NCBI GenBank assembly: GCA_019358935.1
Contig: JAHHIK010000009.1
Span: 44,707-108,706, forward strand
DNA from: Tolypothrix carrinoi HA7290-LM1
GTDB lineage: Bacteria > Cyanobacteriota > Cyanobacteriia > Cyanobacteriales > Nostocaceae
Length of the DNA stretch: 64,000 nt
Direction: 5' to 3'
A program made the position numbers and the translations under genes. This document shows, in pieces, positions 47,298-57,664 of this stretch. Every line of letters begins with the position of its first letter. The stretch's first letter is position 1. The notes beneath the pieces were generated by a model. The model was not told the origin of the DNA and searched no databases. It was given only the letters and a program-made list of their open reading frames with translations.

Positions 47298-47672
47298 TTA
47301 TGCTGACTGTTTAATTTGGGTTAAGGCTATTAACATTTCTTCTCGGTTGAGATGTCTTTTCTTACGTGATTGGGGCTTTTGTATGGCATAACTCCATTTT
47401 ATTCCTGCCTGCGAACATTTTATTCTTAATTGTTGAACAGTTGGTTGTTTGCTTGTATATGGTTGATTTACGTTGGATTTCGATATTTGGGGATTAAATT
47501 TTTTAGCTACTGTTTTGGTTGTAGCTACTGTGCGTGATGTAGGTGTACTACAATTACAGTGTTTCTCAAAAGCGACAGATATTTCTAGTATGAATTGGAA
47601 AATAAAGAGAGTAGAAAATCCGTAGATGAGGATGTAGAGAATTGCTGTTAGGATAAACTGTGCTAATTCCAT
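47298..47672 (-). CDS. hypothetical membrane-anchored protein
   Basis: N-terminal TM helix and a basic C-terminal domain. Confidence 0.65.
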   Translation of the reverse strand: MELAQFILTAILYILIYGFSTLFIFQFILEISVAFEKHCNCSTPTSRTVATTKTVAKKFNPQISKSNVNQPYTSKQPTVQQLRIKCSQAGIKWSYAIQKPQSRKKRHLNREEMLIALTQIKQSA

Positions 47673-47902
47673 TGTTTTAACTTTTGTTGATATAACTTTA
47701 ACTGGTTGTTTATGAAGCGATATACCAGTTGTTGCTTATATCAAGCGTCAGCTTTTGTGGTGTTTTCAAAAAAAAGAGGACAATATTGCTCTATTGGATT
47801 TGATATTACATCAAAACCAAAAACTTTTATATTACAAGATGTAGTTCTAGGGGTTTGTGCTGATCGCATGGGTAGTACCTCTGGTTTGACTAAACTTTTG
47901 GT

Positions 47903-48103
47903 TCAAGCAGTCGAAGACAATTTGCTGGTTGCGTCCTTTTTTGGGGACGAGTCCTTAGCTTTAGCGCGGTAGAAAGATATCAAAACATTCATGACACTGT
48001 TGCAAAATAATATAGCTAATAGACCGACTAATAAATGGGAAAACGAGCTTGAGTTATAGCCTTTAAAAAAAATAAAAATGGTTAAGACTTTACTCTTAAC
48101 CAT
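47903..48103 (-). CDS. small membrane protein
   Basis: 66 aa with a hydrophobic segment. Confidence 0.35.
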   Translation of the reverse strand: MVKSKVLTIFIFFKGYNSSSFSHLLVGLLAILFCNSVMNVLISFYRAKAKDSSPKKDATSKLSSTA

Positions 48104-48175
48104 CTTTTGAAAAATCTTATAAGTGAAAATGAAAGTCTAATCTGTTTATTTTTGATGCATTATTGTGGGTAGCCA

Positions 48176-48778
48176 CTAGTTGTGGTTTTTCTTACTGCGG
48201 GCTTTTCCACCTGATTGCATTTTAAATCGTACCTGTTTCCCGATAGTTATCTCAGCAATATTGCTGACATCTCTACCAAATTTGTGTGCCTCTAGAATTG
48301 CCTTGTTATTAGCTTGGTACTTGATAATTCTAAACTCCGAAGGGAAATCTTCATCGTCTACCTCTACTAGCAAGTTAGCTACTTTGGTTGGGTTGTCCCT
48401 AATTTCAATTTCCCTTTCCTTGCCGAGGTTTCTGTCGTTGATTAGCCCAACTTTGTGGAGGTGGATGAGAGTGCGTTTGATTTGTTCAAGTTGGGTCTTC
48501 CGGCGTAAAATCACCTTATCGTGGAGTTCGATTGCCCGTGCTTTTCTTTCCTCCCATACTTCCAGATCAAGATTTAGCTGATCGACAACCCAGGCTAGAG
48601 CATCAATTTTGGTTTCCATGCCATCCTGGATTGCTATGAGGTTCTGGAGAAGTTCCTCAACTTTGCCCTCTTCCTTTAACTCGCTTGCTTCTTCTATCTG
48701 TGACCAAAGTTTAGCAGCATCTAAACTTAACTCTTTGAGCGTGAGTTGATTGATTTCGCGTTCAATTGCTTGAGACAT
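48176..48778 (-). CDS. Siphovirus Gp157-like protein
   Basis: ETKIDALAW, coiled coil, IRDNP, NKAILEAHKFG. Confidence 0.75.
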   Translation of the reverse strand: MSQAIEREINQLTLKELSLDAAKLWSQIEEASELKEEGKVEELLQNLIAIQDGMETKIDALAWVVDQLNLDLEVWEERKARAIELHDKVILRRKTQLEQIKRTLIHLHKVGLINDRNLGKEREIEIRDNPTKVANLLVEVDDEDFPSEFRIIKYQANNKAILEAHKFGRDVSNIAEITIGKQVRFKMQSGGKARSKKNHN

Positions 48779-48867
48779 AATTTACTTTTCCTCTCTGAAA
48801 AACTAGTAGCAAGTAACTGCTACTAGTTGTTGACTAAAGTGAATTGATGCTTGAAGGGAGATTGAAT

Positions 48868-49035
48868 TTAGTACCCGTACCGCAAGTGATAGTAGTCTGA
48901 CTTTATGAGTGCTAATTCTGCTTCGTAGTTGTAGTAATCTGCCTCATCTAGGAAGGTACTGACTTGCTGCGCTTGTAATGTGGGCTTTGGTGATTTTTGG
49001 TCGGTTTTCGGGTTATAATTATTAACAGTTTTCAT
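48868..49035 (-). CDS. 55-aa small protein (below the ORF-track cut-off)
   Basis: MKTVNNYNPKTDQKSPKPTLQAQQVSTFLDEADYYNYEAELALIKSDYYHLRYGY*, co-oriented upstream of the Gp157-like gene. Confidence 0.5.
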   Translation of the reverse strand: MKTVNNYNPKTDQKSPKPTLQAQQVSTFLDEADYYNYEAELALIKSDYYHLRYGY

Positions 49036-49430
49036 GTCTATACAACTTCAATTCATGCACTGAAGTTGCACGTTAGTGCTTGTTATAGTTCTGACAATTA
49101 AGGGGAAAAATTATGATTTCAACTTTGAGTTTGCCGCAACGACAAGGTTATGGTTGAAAAAGTCGAGGCAATTAAAGTTTAAACCGTCAAAATTTCTGTC
49201 CTGTCCTATTTTTGTAATTATCAGTTGCCGGATTTGTGGATTCTCAAAGTAAATCGCTCCTCTAATACGTATTAAAAGAGGGCGATCACCTGTGCCGTCC
49301 AATACAAGAAAAAAAGTACTGAGACATACACCCCCAACACTTTTAATATCTCCCTTACTGGCTCTAACGAGTGCTCTAACCGCTGCACTTGGGCTAACAG
49401 CCGTTTGGGAATGTACAGGCGTGGATTTGA

Positions 49431-49700
49431 TCAGGCGATCGCACACCCATGTGGAAAATTCTCCCAAGGTGGAAGTTGCAATTGTTCACAAATCTTTAAG
49501 TATTCCTTGTGTTGCTTGGATTCGATAATGACCCATCGGGGTCTACATCCAACGACGACTCGCAATAAATCGGGGAAGCGATCGCGCTCCGCCTGTTCAG
49601 CTTTCCGCCGTCCTTGTCGAGAGAAGGGTGGGCATGGCACTCCCGCCGAAACGATATCGAAGGCTCCGTCATAAGCGTGGGGGTTGAAGTTGGCGATAAT
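49431..49700 (-). pseudogene. fragment of a C5-cytosine DNA methyltransferase
   Basis: FDIVSAGVPCPPFSRQG...RPRWVIIE (motifs IV-VI); a stop lies immediately upstream and similarity is lost after motif VI. Confidence 0.8.
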
Positions 49701-49843
49701 TCAGTTGAGAAGGCTGAAACAGTTGGCAGGTGAGAATGACGAAAAAAGTATGTTCGCGTAGCGTCTTTGATGAACAATTAACCCCTGCTTTTATAATTAG
49801 TTAATCTTTATTTATCTCAATACTATTAACTTTTCTTCTAATC

Positions 49844-50230
49844 ATGGGTAAATCTAAAAAATCTAATCATTTCGACTCAAGGATAGCTAAACAGCAATCT
49901 CGTCGCATACCTACTGTTCAACAGATAGAAAAATGGATAATAGAAGATAAGCGTTTGTCGGCTTGGTTGTTAAAAAAGACTGGCAGAAATTGTGACGAAA
50001 TTCTTCGGGTTTTATATATAAATGTCATTCAAGATATTAACCACGACCCTCGTGCAATAGACTTATATGACCCAAGAAAACTTGTTGTTGGCATGAATGT
50101 CTTAAATTGGACTTTATGGTATGCCCAAAATAAAGTTATTCTTGGCTCTGAAGTTAAGGTTATAGAAGACTGGCAATACGATGCTTGGGGTCAAGAGATA
50201 AATACTGAAACGCAGTATATACCACAGTAA
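49844..50230 (+). CDS. hypothetical protein
   Basis: 128-aa ORF with an ATG start. Confidence 0.6.
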   Translation: MGKSKKSNHFDSRIAKQQSRRIPTVQQIEKWIIEDKRLSAWLLKKTGRNCDEILRVLYINVIQDINHDPRAIDLYDPRKLVVGMNVLNWTLWYAQNKVILGSEVKVIEDWQYDAWGQEINTETQYIPQ

Positions 50231-50560
50231 CTAATGTTACTAACAATGGGTGTTACAAAGAACGTGCTTCGCAATTTTGTTTTAAAAATCATAGAAACAT
50301 CCCACCTACCTCGCTTTCACTCTGATTTTCTCGCTCACGAGTTAGGGTTGCGATATCAACTCCCAGCCTTTTCGCACTTATTTTCCCCCGTGTAGGGCTG
50401 AAGTTCTAATTGTGGAGGATGATAGTTAAAAGCTTGCCTTTTGTATCCTCCAAAGTTATGCGAACGCTGCTGACTAAGGGTTGCGATGGGCGTACAGCGC
50501 TCCGCGCATGAAAACCGCGTAGCGTCTCGGAGAGAAGCCCCGCCGGAGGCGATCGCCCCC

Positions 50561-51196
50561 TCAATTTTTGCTAAGGAGTGTTGTAACTGCCTCTAGCTTT
50601 TGTTCCACATTGCCAAGGCGTGTTTCTGTACTATTGTCTGCACACACTTCTATACTGCCTGTCAGATACTTCAATTGTTCTTCGAGCTGGGCAAGACGAT
50701 TTTCTACACTGTCTTCCATACCTGGAACTGAACCCAGGACGTGGTGCAGCCCTTGAATTACTGTCGGTTCGCGGACGGGCGTGAAAATTGTCGCAGACGG
50801 GCGTGAAAATATTCGCGGACAAGCTTGAAAATTATGTTTGTGAAACCCTAATTTTTTCGTGGTAAGCAGCGATCGCTGCTTACAGAATTATTACTCCAAA
50901 GCCTTGTACTGTAATAAGTTGCACTTTTTTATCCTCCGAAGGCGGAAAATTTCAAGCTTGTCCGCAAATAAGGTCGGGAATTTTTCATCTACTCCACGAC
51001 AAATTTTCACGCCCGTCTGCGACAAGGTACGCTAAAACCCTGATTATTCGGTTGAGATTTTTTCAAGCTTGTCTGCGAACCGACAATTACTAAATCTGTA
51101 GCGGTGGTGTCTAGCTCAACTGCTTTGGCTCGAAGTGCGTCAGAATACGGTTTGGTCCGTTTTGAAATTGATTGATTCCCGTTCCATTTTTGCCAT
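50561..51196 (-). pseudogene. ribbon-helix-helix-like plasmid gene interrupted by a mini-transposon
   Basis: Removing 50762-51085 plus one ATTAC restores ...DALRAKAVELDTTATDLV/IQGLHHVLG...; there is also a frameshift after MAKMERESINFK. Confidence 0.75.
50762..51085. mobile_element. 324-bp non-autonomous Tn7-like element
   Basis: TGTCGGTTCGC...GCGAACCGACA termini, 5-bp target duplication ATTAC (50757-50761 and 51086-51090), and three repeated sites at each end. Confidence 0.88.
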
Positions 51197-51329
51197 GTCT
51201 ACACCCACGCATATACGGTCGTGTAGATAGTTTACAACTAGCATAAGATTCAGTTTGAGGAATAATTTTTTGTCAGTTCGCGGACAAAAAGTGCTTACCA
51301 GTAAACTAAATTGTTCTCACCAATCATGG

Positions 51330-51620
51330 TTAGCGGCAAACGCACTCTTTGCGATCGCTCACCTCCTCTTCTTGCCCTACCCGCCAAACCAAACCGATCA
51401 CCCGATGCAGCGGCAAATCAGCAATGGGAATGTACACAACACCGGGAATGTCCTGCCACTCTGGCATGATGGCAATCCCTAAAGAGAGCAGCAATCAAAG
51501 CAATCACCCACTCTTCGTGGTTAGCACTCTGACACGACACGAGGCTGAAGCATTTTCGACTCAAATAACTGTCGTGTTTCCCCCCAGAGTTCGCAATGCA
51601 TCCGATCAATGTAGGGCTGT
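51330..51620 (-). pseudogene. C-terminal fragment of a LysR-type regulator
   Basis: Frameshifted IDRMHCEL...EEWVIALIAA/LGIAIMPEWQDIPGVVYIPIADLPLHRVIGLVWR; boundaries approximate. Confidence 0.65.
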
Positions 51621-51724
51621 TCGAGGAAGAGGCGATCGCTGCTCACATCCGCCGCTTTATTCCTGCTGCTGTTGATTTTGTAGTATTTTTGTAATAAAAT
51701 AGTGTTAATCTTCAGGCGATTTGT

Positions 51725-52033
51725 TTATTCATCTTCTAAAGAATCTTCAAAAATACTTGGGATATCTCTTGCTCCATGCAGAACGCGAAGAACTTCAATT
51801 CCTTGGTTGACGGGGCGGTAAAAAATCAGATAATTCCCTACTGGAAAACTTCGTAGATTCGGCACTAATTCGTCACGTTTTCTTCCCATACCTGGGGTTG
51901 AAGCCAGCATTTTGAGTTTGCTTTCTATCTTTTGTAGAAACCAATCTGCTCTTTCAAAACTTTTATTAGCAATGAAATCCCAAATATCTAATAAATCAGC
52001 TTCAGCAAGTGGTTTCTTAAGAATAATCGGCAT
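51725..52033 (-). CDS. parE: ParE/RelE family toxin
   Basis: AEADLLDIWDFIA...PGMGRKRDEL...YLIFYR...VLRVLHGARD. Confidence 0.92.
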   Translation of the reverse strand: MPIILKKPLAEADLLDIWDFIANKSFERADWFLQKIESKLKMLASTPGMGRKRDELVPNLRSFPVGNYLIFYRPVNQGIEVLRVLHGARDIPSIFEDSLEDE

Positions 52034-52290
52034 TACGCAGACTGTTTCTCCTGCCGTTGTTGTTTTGCTTTGGCGATGATTTCATTCATGTTTAAGGGTG
52101 TAGATTCTCCACTATCAATCCCTTGTTGAATCTCTCGTCGCAGCTCTGCAAGGCGTATTTCTTTGAGGGCATCCTGTTCTTTGAGCAGCCGCAGTCCTTC
52201 CCGGATGACTTCACTCGCGGAAGTGTACAGACCACTTTCAACTTTAGACTGCACCCACTTTTCCAGTTCGGTGGTTAGTGAAATGTTCAT
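52033..52290 (-). CDS. parD: ParD family antitoxin
   Basis: MNISLT...VESGLYTSASEVIREGLRLL; overlaps the toxin start. Confidence 0.92.
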   Translation of the reverse strand: MNISLTTELEKWVQSKVESGLYTSASEVIREGLRLLKEQDALKEIRLAELRREIQQGIDSGESTPLNMNEIIAKAKQQRQEKQSA

Positions 52291-52762
52291 TTGCGACCTC
52301 TTGAACAGCTGATATTAATAATTTTACTGGTAATAACAGAAAATAACAAACTTTGTTATTTTTTTCTCCTAAGGGAGATCCAAAGTGCGATTCGTTGATG
52401 ACTGAACGCCATATAAATAATAAGTCATCCAGGGAATATCTCCCCTGAACTCTCCCTTGATGGAGGTGCAGTTGCCATCCTACTAAGTATGGGGAGTACC
52501 GATATCTTGCTTCCATATTCGGAGCGCAAAAGGTTGGCTTATGCTTGCCTTCTTTGGGGAAGGACATGCGTGATATCCGTATTGATATCAATAATTTTCG
52601 GACGATCAAAAGCGATCTTTCGTGCGGCAGCAGCGATCGCTGCACTTTGCAGACGCTACGAGTGAGTGCGGAGCATCCTGTAGGGAACGCTATCGCTCTG
52701 TTTAGATGTTTTTGCCCTTCGTCTGAAAAATATTGTTAATTTTAGTTACTTTTAAGAGCCAT

Positions 52763-52843
52763 ATTGTGAGAAATGCGGGTTAATGCGAGGGAAGATGATT
52801 ACTTATGAGAATCTAGATTGTGAGAATTACATTTCTCATAAGT
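52763..52843. promoter_or_regulatory. candidate recombinase binding or resolution site
   Basis: ACTTATGAGAA-N21-TTCTCATAAGT inverted repeat plus two ATTGTGAGAA copies, just upstream of the recombinase. Confidence 0.5.
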
Positions 52844-52945
52844 GACAGCCATTTTGAGGAAGAGTACTTTTTTTGAGGGTGATTTTGCACGAAAACAGCG
52901 AGTGTATTATTTAAAGGTGCTGATAATTCTTCCTAGGTTGTTTTT

Positions 52946-53914
52946 ATGGATGTTCGGGAGAAGCAGGAGCAACTACTTGAATCTTCTTTATTGTTGGCGG
53001 CGCCTGTTCCGTTAACCGAACATCCAGCGAACGTTTATCTCAATTCAAGGTTAAGTCCTGGTTCCCGTCGGGCGATGCGGGGGGCATTGAATACAATAGC
53101 CCAAATTTTAACTCTTGGTGTTGGCTCGGAGATGACTTTGGATTGGTCGAAATTGAGGTACAAACATACTGCGGCGTTGCGTACTGTGTTGGAAGATAAA
53201 TATGCGCCAGCTACCACCAATAAGTTTTTGAGTGCGCTGCGATGCGTGCTGCGAGAGGCGCTACGGTTGGAATTAATGGATGGTGCTGATTACGCGCGGG
53301 CAGTTGATGTGATTAACGTTAAAGTTTCTACCAAGTTGCGGGGACGGGCTTTGACTCTTGAGGAGATATCTGCTTTATTTAAAGTTTGTGAGGAAGATTT
53401 TACGACCGCTGGTTTTAGGGATGCAGCACTTTTAGCGATACTCCGCAGCGGGGGATTGCGACGGGCAGAGGTGGTAAATTTAAATTTGAAGGATTTTAAT
53501 CCCAAAACTGGAGCACTGGAAGTTATTGGGGGGAAAGGGGGTAAGGACGGTACTGTTTATTTAAACGATGACGCGATTGTTAAAGTTCAGGCTTGGTTAA
53601 ATATACGTGGGTCAGTTGGTCAACCTTTACTATGTCATGTTACTAAGTCAGGTCGTGTAGAAGTGCGGCGCCTAACTCCCCAGGCTATTTTATACATCCT
53701 CCAGCGTCGGGGACAACAAGCCGGAGTGACTAATTTTTCTTCGCACGACTTTCGTAGAACTTTTATATCAGAACTTTTCGATGCTGGAGTTGATATATCT
53801 ACAATTCAGCAGCTAGCTCGCCACAGTAATGCTAACCAAACCACTCGCTACGATAGGCGGGGCTCGGAAACCAAGCGGCGCGCTGTACAGAAATTGAGTA
53901 TTCCTAAAAAATAG
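52946..53914 (+). CDS. tyrosine recombinase (integrase/resolvase)
   Basis: GLRRAE, GKGGK, HDFRRT, LARH and TRYDRR catalytic set. Confidence 0.93.
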   Translation: MDVREKQEQLLESSLLLAAPVPLTEHPANVYLNSRLSPGSRRAMRGALNTIAQILTLGVGSEMTLDWSKLRYKHTAALRTVLEDKYAPATTNKFLSALRCVLREALRLELMDGADYARAVDVINVKVSTKLRGRALTLEEISALFKVCEEDFTTAGFRDAALLAILRSGGLRRAEVVNLNLKDFNPKTGALEVIGGKGGKDGTVYLNDDAIVKVQAWLNIRGSVGQPLLCHVTKSGRVEVRRLTPQAILYILQRRGQQAGVTNFSSHDFRRTFISELFDAGVDISTIQQLARHSNANQTTRYDRRGSETKRRAVQKLSIPKK

Positions 53915-54529
53915 TCATTTATTAGAGATTGGCCCAAACGTCATGGGTTTTTAAAAGGGAAGAGGGAACTGCGAGCAAGCACGTAGGAAAGCATATGAGC
54001 GAATGATACAACATACAACAAGCACAAAGTTTAGATGCCGATGCTGTAAATAGAAAGTATTTGTACCAGTTCATAGATTAGCTCTCTTTCTTCGCACCCA
54101 TTGAAAACCAAAACCCTTTGTTTACCGTAATTCCAGTAATATGAGCAAGCAAAAATCCTTGCGGGAGGTGCTGCACTCAGTTTAACACTTTATTTAGATA
54201 AAATTTGAACTACGGAGTAGAGAGTTGATAATTGTAATTAATGAGTATTGTTTTAGCTAATGTGGGAAATGGCACGCACTCCTTACAGCGATCGCCAACC
54301 CTAAACCAGAACCGCCGGCGCTGCGAGAGCGATCGCCTTGCGGGGTATTGTTGGAGCTATGAGCTTCAAAGGTGGGAATGATAGAAACGCATTTGAAACT
54401 TATATAAATACGGTTTTAGCCCACGTAGGTGGGTTTTGTTGATCTAGCCTCAGGCTTTAGCCTGTTCGCGTAGCGTGCGCTCGGCGCAAGGCTTTTAGGG
54501 TTTGAAATCGCGGGACTAGGTAATCTCTA

Positions 54530-54820
54530 CTGGAATGACCAAACTTGCAGGTTGTTTCCAGATTTGTTTGTTCACTTTGATCGACGTTTTTTGTCAGATT
54601 GCCAACAGAGAACTGGTACACAGGATTATAAATATTAAAACACCCTGCATTAGCATTAAAAGTTTTCACCTGTCTTGATTCTTTACCAAATTCAAAACCA
54701 ATTAAAGTTGTGTGTTTAATTGTCCCTGTCGTAAATTTACTGATTAAATTAGTTTGAAAAGTATCTGTACTAGAGGATTGATCACTATTTTGAGCAGTTA
54801 GAGGTACTAAGTTATTTACA
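54530..54820 (-). pseudogene. internal fragment of a TonB-dependent siderophore receptor
   Basis: DTFQTNLISKFTTGTIKHTTLIGFEFGKE...FNIYNPVY parallels YSLQTEVIGKFTTGSIIHQPLLGIEL...IDIFSPV in the receptor at 60880; boundaries approximate. Confidence 0.7.
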
Positions 54821-55217
54821 GGCGATCAACACTGCGATACACCCGTACCCGTGCCTGTGCCTTGTCCTGTGCCTTGTCCGGAACCTGTACCTGATCAAGT
54901 GGAAAGTGGTACAGTCTGCCAGGAAAAGCAATTAATTCTTCAAGCTAGTGGCACTGCGATCGCTTTGCACAGTGGCTGGAGAGTTGCTTTAAATTTGACT
55001 GGTGGGAGAAAAATTTTGCAACCGTTGAACTAGGCGATCGCCCTATCATCTGTTGAACATCCGTCTTCACAACAGAAGCCTGGATTGATGATTGTGCAAT
55101 CGCAGCAAGAGCGATGTATTTGCGACAAACACTTGTTTTTCAAGCTTGAAAAATTGAACGCAGATTATAAATTTAAAATGCCTTACTAGCAGTAATATTC
55201 TGCTCCAAATTCTGCAA

Positions 55218-55487
55218 TTATGCTCGAATTCTGGCAATTTCTTGATCCAGAAACTTAATATGTTTACCACGCCAAATTGCATCTTTTACAGAAAGGACTT
55301 CATCTGGCTTTAATACCCGGATACATAAAGACTTACTATTCTTTAATTCCCACAGTCGGTAATACTCTTTTCCTCTGACAACTGTTGAGTCTAAAGAGCA
55401 GTTCAGTAGATAATCACCTTGGGCTTTAAACAAAGCGTATCGATTCTCAAATACTTTTAGTTCAACAACCAGTTCGTTGTAGTTCAT
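55218..55487 (-). CDS. hypothetical protein
   Basis: 89-aa ORF with an AGGAG ribosome-binding site. Confidence 0.6.
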   Translation of the reverse strand: MNYNELVVELKVFENRYALFKAQGDYLLNCSLDSTVVRGKEYYRLWELKNSKSLCIRVLKPDEVLSVKDAIWRGKHIKFLDQEIARIRA

Positions 55488-55503
55488 AAAATCTCCTATG
55501 AGT

Positions 55504-56496
55504 CTAGCTTTGATGAACAGATACTTTGAGTTGTTGCTTTTTCCCAGATGTTGATTTTTTCTTTAGAAATATACCTATACCAGCAGTCAGGAAAATTCCA
55601 CTCATACTTGAAGGTTCGGGAATGGGAGTTGAGGGTTTACTAAAACCATACTTTGCAAGAATTTGTTGTCCAGTTGGTGAAAGGATGTATTGTGCGAGTT
55701 TTTCGCCGTAAGGATTAGCGTCTTTCAGTACTGTCAGCCCATAATTAGCTTTGACTGCAAGGTTATCAGGTAACGGTACTATTTGCAGATTGGGCGAGAT
55801 TTCGACAGCTGACAGCGCACTGGTGTAATAAACCGGATATATATCTGCTTGGTTGGTATCTTCAAGATAATAGACTATACTACCGCCAGGGCTATTTCTA
55901 TCAGGTGGAAGTGTTCCTGTTAAGCGTACTGCTTTCGTATCTAGGATTTGAAAACTACCAGGTTTGATTTGGTCGGCTTTGCGAAATATCTCTTGGGTAT
56001 AGTCTCCTAAGGGGTCTCCTACAGGTACTGCCGTACCCAACTTAATTTGTGGATTGAGTAATTGATCTAAAAGGTTATCTGAGGTAAGGGACAAACTTGA
56101 AGGAGCGATCGCATACAGAGGATTACTCGCAAATGTTTTTACAGTTCCACTCAATTTTTTTTGATTTAAAGTGGTTGGATTTCCTGTATCTGCACTGGCA
56201 AAAACATCAGCATTTTCCCCTTTTTCCAATCGTTCTCGTAAGGAACCAGAGGAAGCAAATTCACGCTTGACAATAATCCCATATTTCTGAGTAAAGCTGT
56301 CAGCAACTTCTGATAGCGCTCCTCTTAAACTTCCAGCTGCGTACAATGTCACTACGTCCGGTTCTTGAGTCTGATTTGTCAGCGTGGCACTAAAAGCTTG
56401 AGAAGCTAGTGTAACATTGAAGGTGCAGGCAATCAGGGAAATAGTAAGTAAATTTTTTCTCATTTTTTTTGATATATGTATGTTTGTTTGTATCAA
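55504..56496 (-). CDS. modA: molybdate-binding protein (ModA-like) with a PEP-CTERM tail
   Basis: LYAAGSL, FASSGSL, ADVFASA, DPLGDY, GQQILAKYGF; C-terminal IPEPSS-TM-KKK; likely start is the ATG at 56463. Confidence 0.85.
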   Translation of the reverse strand: MIQTNIHISKKMRKNLLTISLIACTFNVTLASQAFSATLTNQTQEPDVVTLYAAGSLRGALSEVADSFTQKYGIIVKREFASSGSLRERLEKGENADVFASADTGNPTTLNQKKLSGTVKTFASNPLYAIAPSSLSLTSDNLLDQLLNPQIKLGTAVPVGDPLGDYTQEIFRKADQIKPGSFQILDTKAVRLTGTLPPDRNSPGGSIVYYLEDTNQADIYPVYYTSALSAVEISPNLQIVPLPDNLAVKANYGLTVLKDANPYGEKLAQYILSPTGQQILAKYGFSKPSTPIPEPSSMSGIFLTAGIGIFLKKKSTSGKKQQLKVSVHQS

Positions 56497-56721
56497 TCAA
56501 GCAACAAAAATAATTTGTTTTGTGATTAATAGATTTCTGACACTTTCCGTTTGAGTTCGTAATAAAATATTAGTTACGCTAGTAAAACTTCCATAACTCA
56601 AAAAGAAACTATGTGTTGACTAATAATTTTTGAATCGATGCAATTTCGTGAATTGCTAAAATTTCACTTCAGGTATATGAGATGTTTTGTTATTTGGTTT
56701 TTACCAATTTTACTGGTAAAT

Positions 56722-56763
56722 AGTCTATATTAACAATCTCAGAGAAAACGTAACTTCTGTTAC
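56722..56763 (-). promoter_or_regulatory. candidate NtcA-activated promoter facing modA
   Basis: Minus strand reads GTA-ACAGAAGT-TAC, then 22 nt, then TAGACT, matching GTA-N8-TAC-N22-TAN3T. Confidence 0.55.
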
Positions 56764-56890
56764 AGATTTAGCCTTGTTATCATTCCGGCACAGATGGTCA
56801 TGGTACACCGCTTAAGTAAATATTACCAGATTGATGAGTTTTTACCTATTTTATTGGTAAAATTAATCGTAAGTGCGAGGTTTAAAAGTT

Positions 56891-57298
56891 ATGGCAACTT
56901 CAAATAGCGATCAAATCAACAAAACTGAGGATGAGTGGCGCGAAAGCTTGACAGACGAACAGTTTTGTGTATTGCGTAAACATGGGACTGAACGCCCTGG
57001 TAGCAGCCCACTTGATAAGCAATATGACGAAGGGACTTATGTCTGTGCTGCGTGCGGACAGGCATTGTTTACATCTGGAACCAAGTTTAACAGTGGTTCA
57101 GGCTGGCCCAGTTTTTTCAATCCAATTGAAGGGGCGATCGCTACATCAGTTGACAAGTCTTTATCGATGACCAGAGTTGAAGTACATTGTAGTCGTTGCA
57201 ATGGGCATTTGGGTCATTTATTTGACGACGGTCCGGCGCCGACTGGCAAACGCTACTGTATGAATGGTGTTGCTCTAAAGTTTATCCCATCAAATTGA
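56891..57298 (+). CDS. msrB: peptide-methionine (R)-S-oxide reductase
   Basis: GTERP, CAAC, KFNSGSGWPSF, HLGHLFDDGP, RYCMN. Confidence 0.96.
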   Translation: MATSNSDQINKTEDEWRESLTDEQFCVLRKHGTERPGSSPLDKQYDEGTYVCAACGQALFTSGTKFNSGSGWPSFFNPIEGAIATSVDKSLSMTRVEVHCSRCNGHLGHLFDDGPAPTGKRYCMNGVALKFIPSN

Positions 57299-57664
57299 TT
57301 TGTTGACCGAACTGAGTTTTCAGGGCGATGTAGCGATCGACAAGTCGTAACGCATCTACGCTCTTTTTTCAATGTGGTCTATTCGTTTTTAGGCGCTGCT
57401 GAACCAAAATATGCTCCCGCGCGATCGCTCAAATTCATATTTATATTCTGCAACGCCGCAGTATCAGACGGTTTAATAAAATTTCTCACACACTCAAAAT
57501 AAAACACCACAGTAGGCATAAGTAATATTGGTAACAAAATATATTTAGAGAAACTCTGATTATTTCAGGAAGTATAGAATTATAAAAGCGATGCCTGCGG
57601 TTTTTGCTAGCCAACGCGTCTTATTCGATCCGGACTTTTTTATCTGTGACAGGAGCTAACCACA

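Noticed and set aside
52244..52739. ORFs upstream of parD
   Set aside because: They overlap each other (one also overlaps parD), have no motifs and run through repeat-like sequence.
54841..54893. Short CCTGTG/CCTTGT-type repeats
   Set aside because: Probably a low-complexity coding remnant; too short to interpret.
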